DNA of 64,000 nt. Source: Eledone cirrhosa. Taxonomy: Eukaryota. How positions within the stretch are numbered: position 1 is the first letter of the stretch; every line of letters starts with the position of its first letter. Of this stretch, positions 12,055 to 24,265 are shown in pieces. The stretch covers positions 27,900,001 to 27,964,000 of the forward strand of contig OZ024759.1 of the NCBI GenBank assembly GCA_964016885.1. The letters run 5' to 3'. The position numbers and the translations under genes were made by a program. The notes beneath the pieces are model-generated. The model saw only the letters and a list, made by a program, of their open reading frames with translations, ran no database searches and was not told the DNA's origin.

Positions 12055-13332
12055 GGTGGTGGTGGTGTTGGTGAGGGTATGGTGTTGGTGGTGGTATGGT
12101 GGTGGTGGGGGTATGTTGGTCGTGGTGGTGGTTCTGGTGGAGGCGTATGGTGGTTCTGGTGGGGGTATGGTGGTGGTATGGTGGTGGTAGTATGGTGGTT
12201 CTGGTGGTGGTGGTGGTGGTATTGGGGCGTATGGTGTTTGTGGTGAGGGTATGGTGGTCGTGGTGAGAGTATGATGGTGGAGGTGGTGGTGGTATGATGG
12301 TGGTAGTAGTAAAGATTGTTAGTGTAGAAGAATGGTTTACCTCTTCATTACGCAGACCCCTGATATAAAACGGAGTACAGCAGCCCCTATATATATATAT
12401 ATAGAGAGAGAGAGGGTGAGGTGTATATCCGGCCCTATATATATATGTGAGAGAGAGAGGGAGAGGGGTGTATAGCAACCCTAGATATGTTTGTTTGGTC
12501 TCGTAGCGTCAAAGCTCCCCTATCATCTGAACTTCAGAAATCCCCAAATATTTTGTTTTATATCAACAAGCAGCCTCTTAGCTTCTACTACTGCCACTAC
12601 CACCACTACGATGAAAGTGAAAGTAGAGATGAGAGAGGTGGTGGGAAGGAAGGTTAGATAGGAGATCAAAGTGGTGGTGGTGGTGGTGGTGGTAAGCGAA
12701 AGGAAGAGAATCAGTTACAGTGGTGAGGGAGTTATGATGATTGGGGAGGAGGATGTGTTAGACATGTGATCGAAGTAGTGGTGGTTGTGGTGGGGAGAGG
12801 AAGACAGTGGTGGTAGGTGGTGAGAGGAAGGTAGTGGTGGTGAGAGGAAGGCAGTGGTGGTAGGTGGTGAGAGGAAGGTAGTGGTGGTGAGAGGAAGGCA
12901 GTGGTGGTAGGTGGTGAGAGGAAGGTAGTGGTGGTGAGAGGAAGGTAGTGGTGGTAGGTGGTGAGAGGAAGGCAGTGGTGGCAGGTGGTGAGAGGAAGGT
13001 AGTGGTGTTGAGAGGAAGGGAGAGGTGGTAGTGGTGGTGAGAGGAAGGAGAGGTGGTAGTGGTGGTGAGAGGAAGGAAGTGGTGGGTGTGGAGAGAGGAA
13101 GGGAGGGAATCAGCTACAGTAGTAAAGGGGGGAGTGGATGTATGACTAGGGTGGTAGGTAAGGGGTAGGGAGAGTCAGGAAAAGTTCACCAATGGTTCAA
13201 ATATACTTTGTTCAGGTTTAATCCTTACATGGTGTGTGTGGGTTAACCTGGAATGAGAGAGAGAGAGAGAGAAGGTGAGAGGGAGAAGAGAGAGAGAGAG
13301 AGAAGAAGAGAGCAAGAGTGCCAGAAAGAGGG

Positions 13333-13370
<38 letters not shown>

Positions 13371-13788
13371 TGAGAGAACACCAGAGAGAGAGGTGAGAGA
13401 ACACCAGAGACAGAGAGAGAGAGAGGTGAGAGAACACCAGAGAGAGAGGTGAGTGGGATAAGGAGAGAAGAGAGCAAGAGTGCCAGAAAGAGGGAGATAA
13501 GAGAGAGAGAGAGAGGTGAGAGAGAGAGGCGAGAGAACACCAGAGAGAGAGAGAGAACACCAGAGACAGAGAGAGGACAGGGAGAGGGGTGAGAGAACAC
13601 CAGAGAGAGAGAGGTGAGTGGGATAAAAGAGAGAGAGAGAAAGCAAGAGAGATAAGAGAGAAATAAATGGTTAATAAAAATAAGCAATCTTGCAATGAAA
13701 GTTAGAGATAATTACCTTCATTTAGTTTTATTTCATTTATTACACACAGAAGAGTTGATATAACAAAATTATAGAAATATATTATCAC

Positions 13789-14347
13789 TTAACCCTTTAG
13801 CATTTAAACCGGCTGTATCTGGACAGAATTCTCTCACCTCTTTCTGTTCAAATCAGCTGTAATTGGCCACTCATGTGGAGGCACATGGCTTAGTGGTTAG
13901 AGCATTGGCCTTGCAATCGAAAGGTTGTGAGTTCAATTCTCAGACCGGGTGATGTGTTGTTTCCTTGAGCAAGACACTTTATTTCACATTGCTCCAGTTT
14001 ACTCAGCTGTAGAAATGAGATGATAGGGACTGGGGTCCCTATCATTCATTCCACTGCAAAGTGGTCGTGGAGGTGCCACGGCAAAAAAGCACCCAGCACT
14101 CACTGTAAATGAGGTTGGTGTTAGGAAGGGCATCCAGCTGTAGAAATCAAGCCAAAATCAGTTCCCGTCCCACCCTTGCAAGCAGGGAAAAGCGGACGTA
14201 AAATGAAATGAAATGATGATACTGATGTTAAGGTATTGTTCTCAAAATAAATAATATCAAAATCTCAGATTCAATATTATGTGGGGTAAAGCTTTTACGA
14301 TGAAAATATGATAGTAAATATAAAGTAATTTAATGGTAAAGGGTTAA
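13789..14347. mobile_element. piggyBac-type MITE (TTAA-CCC...GGG-TTAA) interrupted by a SINE
   Basis: TTAA CCCTTTAGCATT ... AATGGTAAAGGG TTAA; internal sequence matches 11203-11413. Confidence 0.8.
13874..14221 (+). mobile_element. Full-length composite SINE: tRNA-like head, CORE-like domain, GGAAGGGCATCC domain, (GAT/GAAAT)n tail
   Basis: A-box tggcttagtggtt, B-box gagttcaattc, CORE-like tccttgagcaagacactttatttcac...cagctgtagaaatgag, then ttggtgttaggaagggcatccagctgtagaaa...ggacgtaaaatga. Confidence 0.8.
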
Positions 14348-14490
14348 ACACACACACACAGACGATGGTACACACCTAACTAACACAGATGATAACATTT
14401 CAAATTTTTTTTTCCTTTCACTATCCAAACAGAACTTGAACCGTTAAGGTCTGATTCCTGGGTATGTCACTATTTATAAAACAAATTTTG

Positions 14491-14552
14491 TATTTTATCT
14501 GATGAGAGCGTACCAAAGATTTTGGTACCCTTGAAATATATATAATAAAATA
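14491..14552 (+). ncRNA. Type I hammerhead motif with long stem II
   Basis: TATTTTAT-CTGATGA-GAGCGTACCAAA(GAT)TTTGGTACCCTT-GAAA-TATAT-ATA|ATAAAATA. 8-bp stem I, 11 of 12 pairs in stem II. Decayed paralogue at about 20128-20192. Confidence 0.75.
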
Positions 14553-14606
14553 AATATGGTTTTATAAATATTGTTTCCATTTATTAATATCATTGATATA
14601 TGTATA

Positions 14607-14649
<43 letters not shown>

Positions 14650-14744
14650 ACATATGTATATATATATACATATGTATATATATGTATATATATATACATA
14701 TGTATATATATGTATATATATATATATATATATATGTGTGTGGT

Positions 14745-14969
14745 GAAGGCGTGTGGCTGATTGGTTAGAGAACTGGATTCGCAATCATGAGGTTGTCAGT
14801 TCGATTCCTGGACCGGGCGATGCATTATGTCCTTGAGCAAGACACTTTATTTCACGTTGCTCCTTCTACCTGGAGTTGCGACCGATAGATAGTATTAGCA
14901 ATTGGAAAGATCAACGGAAACATTGTTTCCTCGGTCCGATTTGAGGAAAGTCGATCGACAAAAAAAAAA
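14745..14969 (+). mobile_element. CORE-type SINE with alternative 3' tail; minus-strand copies at 11660-11841 and 51515-51728
   Basis: tRNA-like head and gtccttgagcaagacactttatttcacgttgctcc, then tail gagttgcgaccgatagatagtattagc...aaagtcgatc plus A-run. Confidence 0.8.
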
Positions 14970-15006
14970 TATATATATGTGTGTGTATATATATATATAT
15001 AGAGAG

Positions 15007-15360
15007 AGATGAAATCGAAAATGCAACTGGAGTCTTATTTTTTTAAAAATATATATATTTATTTGGTTCCTTTACCGGTTTCGCAGTTCTTCTGCTTTTC
15101 AAAAGTAGAGTTGAGATGGAGGGTCTGTGGTTTTTCTCACATCTGATGTCAGAAAAACCACAGACCCTCCATCTCAACTCTACTTTTGAAAAGCAGAAGA
15201 ACTGCGAAACCGGTAAAGGAACCAAATAAATATATATATTTAAAAAAAAATAAGACTCCAGTTGCATTTTCGATTTCATCTTTTTTTTTCTTTATACTTT
15301 CACTCGGGTAGGACACCTCGGTTATTTTTCATTTTGTAAAAAAAACCTCACTTTCTAAAA
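15007..15360 (+). mobile_element. Penelope-like fold-back mini-element: 275-bp palindrome plus one-sided extension, with variant hammerhead
   Basis: 15007-15281 is a near-perfect palindrome centred at 15144, followed by an unpaired extension of about 80 bp; (TA)n on both sides. Hammerhead-like CTT-TTGAAAA-GCAG(AAGAA)CTGC-GAAAC-CG-GTA|AAG at 15183-15218, mirrored at 15070-15105. Confidence 0.7.
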
Positions 15361-15407
15361 TATATATATATATATATATATATTTATTTGATGATTGATC
15401 ACACACG

Positions 15408-15462
<55 letters not shown>

Positions 15463-15962
15463 ATGTGTGTGTGATCAATCATCAAATATACACGATTTTC
15501 TTTTATCATCAACATTTTAGGAAAAAAGAAAAATATATAAAATTATGTCAAATTTAGTTGACATTCTCATCACATTCTCACTTGGATACACATGTTGACG
15601 TATACTTAGTAAAACATAGGCACACACATAGTTATAATACATATATACATAACATATAATATATAAACACTGAACAGTTAAACATATATATATGTTACAA
15701 CCCATATATTATACACATACACAAACTTATAAAATAGACACACATTTGTAAAACATCCACACATACACACACGTATAAATATTATATATATATATATAAA
15801 TATTATATATATATATATATATATATATTAAACATTTATAAATAAATAAATATATTATATATATGTGTAAATTATATATATATATCTATATATATATAAA
15901 CATTTATAAATAAATAAATATATATATTTATATATATATATGTATAAACATTTATAAATAAA

Positions 15963-15994
<32 letters not shown>

Positions 15995-16799
15995 TAAACA
16001 TTTATAAATAAATATATACATATATATATATATATATAAACATATATATATATATAAACATATATATATATATAAACATATATATATAAACATATATATA
16101 TAAGGGTGGTGGATTGGCAGTATCGGTAGAGAGTCGGACGCCATGCTTTGCAGCAAAGAGTTACGGCCCTTTATGATCTATGTTCAAATCCGGCCGAGGT
16201 TAACTTTGCCTTTCATCATTATGGGGTCGCTAAAATAAAATACCAGTAATACCCTGGGTTAATTGCTGGCCTTGTGCCAAAAGTAGAAACAATTATATAT
16301 ATATATATTTAATATATTTATTAAAATAACAGATTAAAATTTAAGCAAAGAATCGCTGCTTTCACCCTTAATGGGATCTTCTGAAACTCAAGGGCGGTGG
16401 ATTGGCAGTATCGGTAGAGGGTCGGACGCCATGCTTTGACGCATAGAGTTACGGCCCTTGCCATTCTGAGTTCAAATCCCGCCGAGGTTAACTTGCCTTT
16501 CATCCTTACGGGGTCGATAAAATAAAGTACCAGTAATACACTGGGTAATTGCTGGTCTTGTGCCAAAAGTAAAAACAATTATTATTATTATTATTATTAT
16601 TTTTAATGTTTTGCAGCTCCAGCTTTCTTTTCTGTCACATTTTCCCTTCCATTGAATAAGTCTTTCATTAGAATTTCTTGCAAATATTAAAAAAGATTTT
16701 TTTTACCATTTTACCTCCATCACGACCAGCTGTGAAATTTCTGGTTTTCTCTAGCAACATATGAACAAAAACCATCACACATGCCTTATACCTGTGTGT

Positions 16800-16835
<36 letters not shown>

Positions 16836-16934
16836 CATATATGTATATATTTGCATACATATATACATATATATATCATCATCATCATCATCATTTTACG
16901 TCTGCTTTTCCCTGCTTGCAAGGGTGGGATATAT

Positions 16935-16989
<55 letters not shown>

Positions 16990-17069
16990 TACATACATAT
17001 AAATACATACATACATATAAATACATATATATATATATATATATACATACATACATAAAAAATACATAC

Positions 17070-17108
<39 letters not shown>

Positions 17109-17483
17109 TACACAATTACACATGTATATACACACACATATATATATACACACACACATAGTAGGAATCAGTTCATTATCAAAAATTTGTTTCATTTTCC
17201 ATAAACTTTTCTAATTTTTTCTAAGAAATTAAAAAAAAAATTCTTTCTACTCTTTTTCTCCATTTAATATTTCTAAAGCCCTGTACTCCAGGCTAAACCT
17301 TTCCTATTTGATACTTATTTGAAAGATATTTCTGTCATCCAACAAATTTGAAATACAACATTTCTCTACATTCAATTACAATATACCAATGGTATATATG
17401 TAATATTTACAAACTGTGTATATATAATATATAATATATATATATGTGTCTGTGTGTGTGTGTTTGTGTGTGTATAAAGAGGG

Positions 17484-17519
17484 TCTTAACGTTTCGGACG
17501 CTAGTCTTTCATCAGAAGA
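17484..17519 (-). ncRNA. Minimal hammerhead motif, family H1
   Basis: Minus strand: TCTT-CTGATGA-A-AGAC(TAGC)GTCC-GAAAC-GTT|AAGA. Confidence 0.6.
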
Positions 17520-17867
17520 AAGAATATAACTGTCACCACCACCTCCACTGCTGCCACCACTATAACCCCCACCACGCCCCCACAACAACAACAGTCATCA
17601 CCACCACCATAACAGTCACCGCCACCACCACCATCACTACAACAGTCGCTACCACTACCACAACAACCATCACCATCACCATAACAGTCACCACCACCAT
17701 CACTATAACGGTCGCCATCATCACCACCACCACCACCACCATAACAACCATCACCACCACCACCACCACCACCACCACAACTACCTACTTCTCTCCCCAT
17801 CTCAACCCTGGTTTAATATGACAACACTCCAGGTGTAAAGTGCATCAAACTAAATATACAACGCCTG

Positions 17868-17937
<70 letters not shown>

Positions 17938-18057
17938 ATACACACACCTATATATATATATATACATCACACATACACAGATACACACACACACACACAT
18001 ATATATATACAACACACATACACACATATATATATATATATATATATACACACGCAA

Positions 18058-18092
<35 letters not shown>

Positions 18093-18320
18093 CACACAAA
18101 CACACACACACATCACATACACACACATACACACATATATATATATATACACACACATCACATACACACATCACACACACATCACACACATATATATATA
18201 TATATACACACATCACATACACATATATATATACACATCACACATACACAGATACACACACATATATATATATATATATACAACACACACATATATATAT
18301 ATAACACATACACACATACG

Positions 18321-18372
<52 letters not shown>

Positions 18373-18553
18373 CACACACACACATACACACATATATATA
18401 TATATACACACACACATCACACACACACTATTCTAGAGATCTGACAGGTGTTCAGGTACAATATATGTTTAACTAGTGCAGTATTTTAGGTGTACAAACA
18501 TGTGTTTGTGTGTATATATATATATATATATAACATATGTGTGTGTAGAAATA

Positions 18554-18618
<65 letters not shown>

Positions 18619-19820
18619 TTATATCTCTATATATGACCATGTGTGTGTGTATATGTGTGTGTGTAAGTATGTATGTATGTATATGTATGTATGTATATGT
18701 ATGCAAGTATGTATGTGAGTATATGTATGTAAGTAATAATGTGTTGTGTGTGTATTTAAGTATGTGTGTGAGTGTGTGTATGTAAGTGTGTGTGTGTATG
18801 TAAGTATATATGTGAGTGTGTGTAAGTATGTATGTGATTATACGTATGTAAGTATGTATGTATGTGTGTGTGTGTATGTAAGTATGTGTGTGAGTATGTG
18901 TGTGTAATTCAGTAATGAATCATCAAATGTCAGAAATTAAATTTAGAAAATATGTCACTGGGTCATATGTCACCTGGTCTACATATACTGTGTATATATG
19001 TATGTGTATATATGTATGTGTATATATGTATGGTTCAGTGTGTGTATATATGTATGTGTAAATCTGTATGTGTATATATGTATGTGTTTATATGTATGTG
19101 TTTATATGTATGTGTATATATGTATGTGTATATATGTATGTGTATATATGTATGTGTATATATGTATGTGTATATATGTATGTGTATATATGTATGTGTA
19201 TATATGTATGTGTATATATGTATGTGTATATATATATGTGTATATATGTATGTGTTTATATAGGTATGTGTATATATGTATGTGTTTATATAGGTATGTG
19301 TATATATGTATGTGTTTATATAGGTATGTGTATATATGTATGTGTATATATAGGTATGTGTATATATAGGTATGTGTATATATGTATGTGTATATATGTA
19401 TGTGTATATATGTACGTGTATATATGTATGTGTATATTTGCATGTGTATATATGTATGTGTATATATGTATGTGTATATATGTATGTGTATATGTGTATG
19501 TGTATATATGTACGTGTATATATGTATGGTTCAGTGCGTGTTCCTGACTGTGGTGTGCGTTGGGGCAGTAGCCCCCCCCCCCGTTTGTTTCTGTTATTTT
19601 CGGAAAAGGTTTCAGATCTCAGCTTTACAACTCCCCCCACACACACCCTTCCCTGCCCCACCCACCATCAGAAATATAACCTCAACCCACCCCCAACCCT
19701 GTATACTGTAGGATGAATTAGGAAGAAAATATCAAAACAACATGAGTGGTGGGGGGTTGGTGTGGTGGCAGGGGAGGGTCATGGATATATTGAATATGAC
19801 TTCATATAGAGTAATAGGAA

Positions 19821-19852
<32 letters not shown>

Positions 19853-19894
19853 TTCGTTTCTGAACTTATTGGCAACATGACCCTGCCAAAGTAT

Positions 19895-19965
<71 letters not shown>

Positions 19966-20243
19966 AAAGTTCTATTTAAATTGTTGGGATACAACAAGCA
20001 AATATTTTTATAACTGATATAAAGCACTCAACAATTATTTGGAGTAAACTATCTGGGAGCTTCCAACAGTAATGGTTGCATTTTTTAAGGGTATGTCAAT
20101 ATTTATTTATAAAACTGATCTATATTATATTTTGTCTGATGAAAGCACACCATAATTTAACTTGGTGTCCTTTAAATATGTATAATGAAATAAATATGGT
20201 TTTATAAATATAGTTTCCATTTGTTAATATCGTATATATATAT

Positions 20244-20276
<33 letters not shown>

Positions 20277-20536
20277 ATCATCATCATCATCACCGTTTTA
20301 CGTCCATTCTTCCATGCTAGCATGGGTTAGACGAGTTAGCCTGTTGTAGGAAATGCCAGGTCAGGTGACCATGTCTTGCTCATACAGATCTGATTTTGGC
20401 TTGATTTATGCAGCCAGATGCATCCTAACACCAACTTCATTTACAGTGAGTACTGGGTGCCTTTTTACTGTGGCACCTACACAACCACTTTACTATATAT
20501 ATTGGAAAATGTGTGAGATCCTTGGTACAGTTAGGC

Positions 20537-20669
20537 ATATTTGAAAATAAGGAAAAGAATGACTTCACTTGTAGTGTTAAATAATTTGATTTATCTTATA
20601 ATATTATAAAATTAAATCAAATTATTTAACACTACAAGTGAAGTCATTCTTTTCCTTTTTTTCAAATAT
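20537..20669. repeat. About 130-bp AT-rich palindrome abutting (TA)n
   Basis: atatttgaaaataaggaaaagaatgacttcacttgtagtgttaaataatttgattta ... taaatcaaattatttaacactacaagtgaagtcattcttttccttttttcaaatat. Single-arm relative at 52230-52300. Confidence 0.85.
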
Positions 20670-20907
20670 ATATATATATCATCATCTTCGTTTAACGTCC
20701 ATCTTCCACACTAGCATGGGTTAGACGGGAGTTGTCCCACTTCAGGCAAGGTTGGTCGGGTGACAGTGTGTCGCTCATATAGGACTATCTGGCAGGTTTT
20801 CTACGGCTGGATGCCCTTCCTAACACTGACCACATTTACAGTATGGAACTATATATATATACATACACACACACATATATATATATATACAATTATATAT
20901 ATATATA

Positions 20908-21065
20908 TCTCATCTCATCTAGGGTGGGTAAAATTCCCGAGATCCATGGACGAGTTCTCTCCAGCGGTCTCTGTCCGCCACTGGAAGAGGAAGACCAAGG
21001 TTAACATATGTTGATGCCCTAAGGACAGACACTGGTCTATTGGAGACGCAGGACATGGCAGTGAT
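20908..21065 (-). mobile_element. RTE-like LINE 3' end (family R3) with 5' inversion; colinear copy at 61915-62066(+)
   Basis: The 61915 copy encodes RGRPRLTYVDALRTDTGLLEMQDMAAIMRDRDRWRELVHGSREF. Here the two halves are in opposite orientation, joined at about 20976. Confidence 0.75.
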
Positions 21066-21188
21066 ATATATATATATATATAGTTTTGCATGAGATGTCT
21101 ACATGAATGGACCTATTACTTTTATCTAAAGTCATTTTTTCCAATTCCATCCCGCCCGTCCCCTTAATCTATTTTATTTCTCATTCTT

Positions 21189-21224
21189 TCTTCTGATGAA
21201 GGACGAGCATCCGAAACGTTAAGA
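21189..21224 (+). ncRNA. Minimal hammerhead motif, family H1
   Basis: TCTT-CTGATGA-A-GGA(CGAGCA)TCC-GAAAC-GTT|AAGA, inside an element of about 230 bp (21080-21310) bounded by (TA)n. Confidence 0.65.
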
Positions 21225-21308
21225 CCCTCTTCCTGCTATATCAAGTGTTAACCTAATATATACCTTCCATATACTGTACTGATTGTGTTGTTATTTCTGT
21301 TTACCTTT

Positions 21309-21347
<39 letters not shown>

Positions 21348-21352
<5 letters not shown>

Positions 21353-21787
21353 CAAGTTATCAATAATGTAGTGATAATATATCGTCACATTTGAGATGAA
21401 CAGCGTACATGTAGGTTTGCTTAACGAGTATAAATTCCGGAGAAAATGTAAAAAAGATGAATATAAAATGAAAGTGCTTTTATAAAGGAATTTATTAGGT
21501 ATTGACATATGTTTCTGTAATAGAAGGAATACCTATGTATCGCTGCTTGCGTAATCATATAATATTAGCACGTAATCGATAGCAAATGTATAATCACTGA
21601 TTATACATTTGCTATCGATTACGTGTTAATATTATATGATTACTGATTATACATTTGCTATCGATTACATGCTAATATTATATGATTACGCAAGCAGCGA
21701 TACATAGGTATTCTGTCTGTTACAGAAACATATGTCAATACCTAATAAATTCCTTTATAAAAGCACTTTCATTTTATATTCATCTTT

Positions 21788-21788
<1 letters not shown>
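21348..21788 (-). mobile_element. Penelope-like fold-back element: palindrome 21452-21788 plus one-sided extension; degenerate hammerhead
   Basis: Arms of about 145 bp centred near 21597, with a ~46-bp tandem duplication in the right arm. GGTATT...GAAAC-ATAT-GTC|AATACC at 21707-21742 (the CUGANGA box is decayed). Confidence 0.6.
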
Positions 21789-21827
<39 letters not shown>

Positions 21828-21829
21828 CA

Positions 21830-22930
21830 ATTATATATAAATTAATAAAAACAATGAATAAAAACAAAGAACAAGTTCCTTATATTAAAAAATTCCGTTT
21901 CTAGGATATATATGTGTGTTGGTATGTAAAATATTACAAACTATCAGAGGAAATATACATACCTTCACATATATATGCTGTCTTCAGAAATAATGATATT
22001 TGTTTATTGAAAAAAACCAACAAAGATTTAATATAATAGGTCTGTTTGGGAACAGGTTTTGAATTGACCAATAGAAAAGTAGTAAGAGGTCAAGTTGATA
22101 GAATAGTAGTAGTAGAAATTTAATTTAGGTGTAGAGGAATGCAGACTTATGTTTTGAATGGAAAGAATACTTTGAATGAAAAGAATACCTTGGGGATGAA
22201 AAGAGGTCAAGCCGGTGAAGGGTACACGAAAATTTGATGTTATTAAAGAATAATGTTAATGTTAAAAATGAAGGAGCGTAAAATTTTAGGGTAAAGGTAT
22301 TAGTGAGAAATACCAATCTTATTTAAAACACAAGGAATTTAGATCTATAACAAGAAATTAAATTAATTGATAGGTATACTTATAGGGATAAATTTATATT
22401 AATTTATATGGATGTGATAAATAAGAATTAGATGTTATTAAAGAATGTTGTTAAAAATGAAGGAAAATAAAATTATGGGATAAGTGTAGTAGTGAGAAAT
22501 ACCAATCTTATATAGACTACAAGGAATCTAGATTCACAACAGGAAATTAAATTAATTTATATGTATACTTTTAGGTATTAATTTTAGGAAAAGAGAGCTG
22601 TAAGAGGGAAATAAAATTATGAAGTTCTCTGTAGTAAAGTACTAATTATAGGTTAACTAAATTAAAAAAACTAATTATAATAATATGTAAAATAGAGTGT
22701 AAGGTGTATATTAATTAGGTTTATCATATTTGAAAGTTCTTCTAATTCTATGATTGCAAGATATAATTAATTCTTGTCGCTTATTTAATAGGATATCCTT
22801 AGATTTCATTATTTCAACTCTGTTTTCCTGTGATTTTCATGGAAAATTTTTGAATGCATCTTCTCTTTTCATGATATTTGGATTACATTGAGTTCTTCAT
22901 TTGGATTGGACACTACTGTATATTTTGGTA
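21830..22930 (-). mobile_element. Penelope-like element 3' remnant (GIY-YIG C-terminal tail and AT-rich 3' region)
   Basis: Minus strand 22730-22815 translates to EIMKSKDILLNKRQELIISCNHRIRRTF, like the LLNKRSELISKCRH tail of PLE endonucleases. CTGAAGA (about 21990) and GAAAC (about 21897) flank a CATATATAT inverted pair. Confidence 0.55.
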
Positions 22931-23179
22931 GATTTATCTACACACACACACATATATATATATATATACATACAATTATATATATTTATGTATATATATA
23001 TACATACAATTATATATATTTATGTATATATATATATGCATACAATTATATATATTTATGTATATATATATATACAATTATATATATTTATGTATATATA
23101 TATATACAATTATATATATTTATGTATATATATATACAATTATATATATTTATGTATATATATATATAAAAAAAGAGCA

Positions 23180-23692
23180 GGGCAATAAAAATAGACGGTA
23201 GCCACGGAGTAGGCAGACCCAGAAAAACCTGGGACGACTTGATAAATTCCGACCTCACACACTTACACCTCTCCAAGACAATGTCACTGGACCGAGATCT
23301 TTGGCGCTACACAGTAATACAGAAGACCCGCCTCACCTAAGTACAAAGTGAAACCTACTCAGTCAGTAGGCACCTCTAACAAAATACACCCCCGTCCCAC
23401 TACCCCCACCCCATCCACACCACCCCTTTCAATGTAAAGTTATGTTGGTACCACAACATCCAGTCCGAAACAAATGAGGTTGTGTAGGTGTCACGACAAA
23501 AAACACACACAGTCCACGCTGTAATGTGGCCGTGTAGGTAAGACGGTAAAAATCTCCCAGTCCACACTGTAAACGTGGTTGGTGTTAGGAAGGGCATCCA
23601 GCCGTAGAAAACCCGCCAGACAGTCCTATGCGAGCAAGACAACCACTCTTGCAAGCGTGCAAGATGGACATTAAACGATGATGATGATGACA
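23180..23692 (+). mobile_element. RTE-like LINE 3' end (family R2)
   Basis: Reverse-complement match to 3119-3795. Confidence 0.8.
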
Positions 23693-24265
23693 ATTATATA
23701 TATTTATGTATATATATATATATACATACAATTATATATATTTATGTATATATATACATACAATTATATATGTATTAATAGCTATCTGCATGACTGAATG
23801 AAACATCAAATATTTATGAGAGCAGTAAGATGGGAAGATGTCCAACTCTAAATAGATATCTCCCATCACAACCACCAGCACCACCACCAGCACCACCACC
23901 ACCACAACCAGAACCACTACCACCACCAGTGGCACTACCACCAGTGGCACCACCACCAGCACCACCACTAACACAAACCCTCCCTTCTTCATGACTATGT
24001 CCTTCACCACAACCAGAACCACAACCACCACCATCACCAGCACTGTCCATGGCTATGACCAGCACCACCACCATCAACACAAACACCACTCCTCTTCATG
24101 GCTATGTCTTCTCCCTCCACCACCACCTCTGTCCATCTCTCAATTCGGAGAAGTAGCAGCTTGGCCTGGAGTGACTCTCTGATCTCCGAGCTACGCAGTT
24201 TATCGAGTAACGTTACTCCAAAGACCCTTTGGAGGAACCCTATTTTGGCCACTCGTATCCCTATA

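Noticed and set aside
13876-13945. tRNA genes at SINE heads (also 14748, 46862, 47897 and family A heads)
   Set aside because: A/B boxes are present, but the cloverleaf is degenerate and each runs straight into a SINE body.
14905-14957. Possible type II hammerhead in the CORE-SINE tail (GGAAACATTGTT...TTGANGA-AAGTCGATC; N varies G/T/C among three copies)
   Set aside because: Stem I cannot form properly, and stem II pairing is inconsistent between copies.
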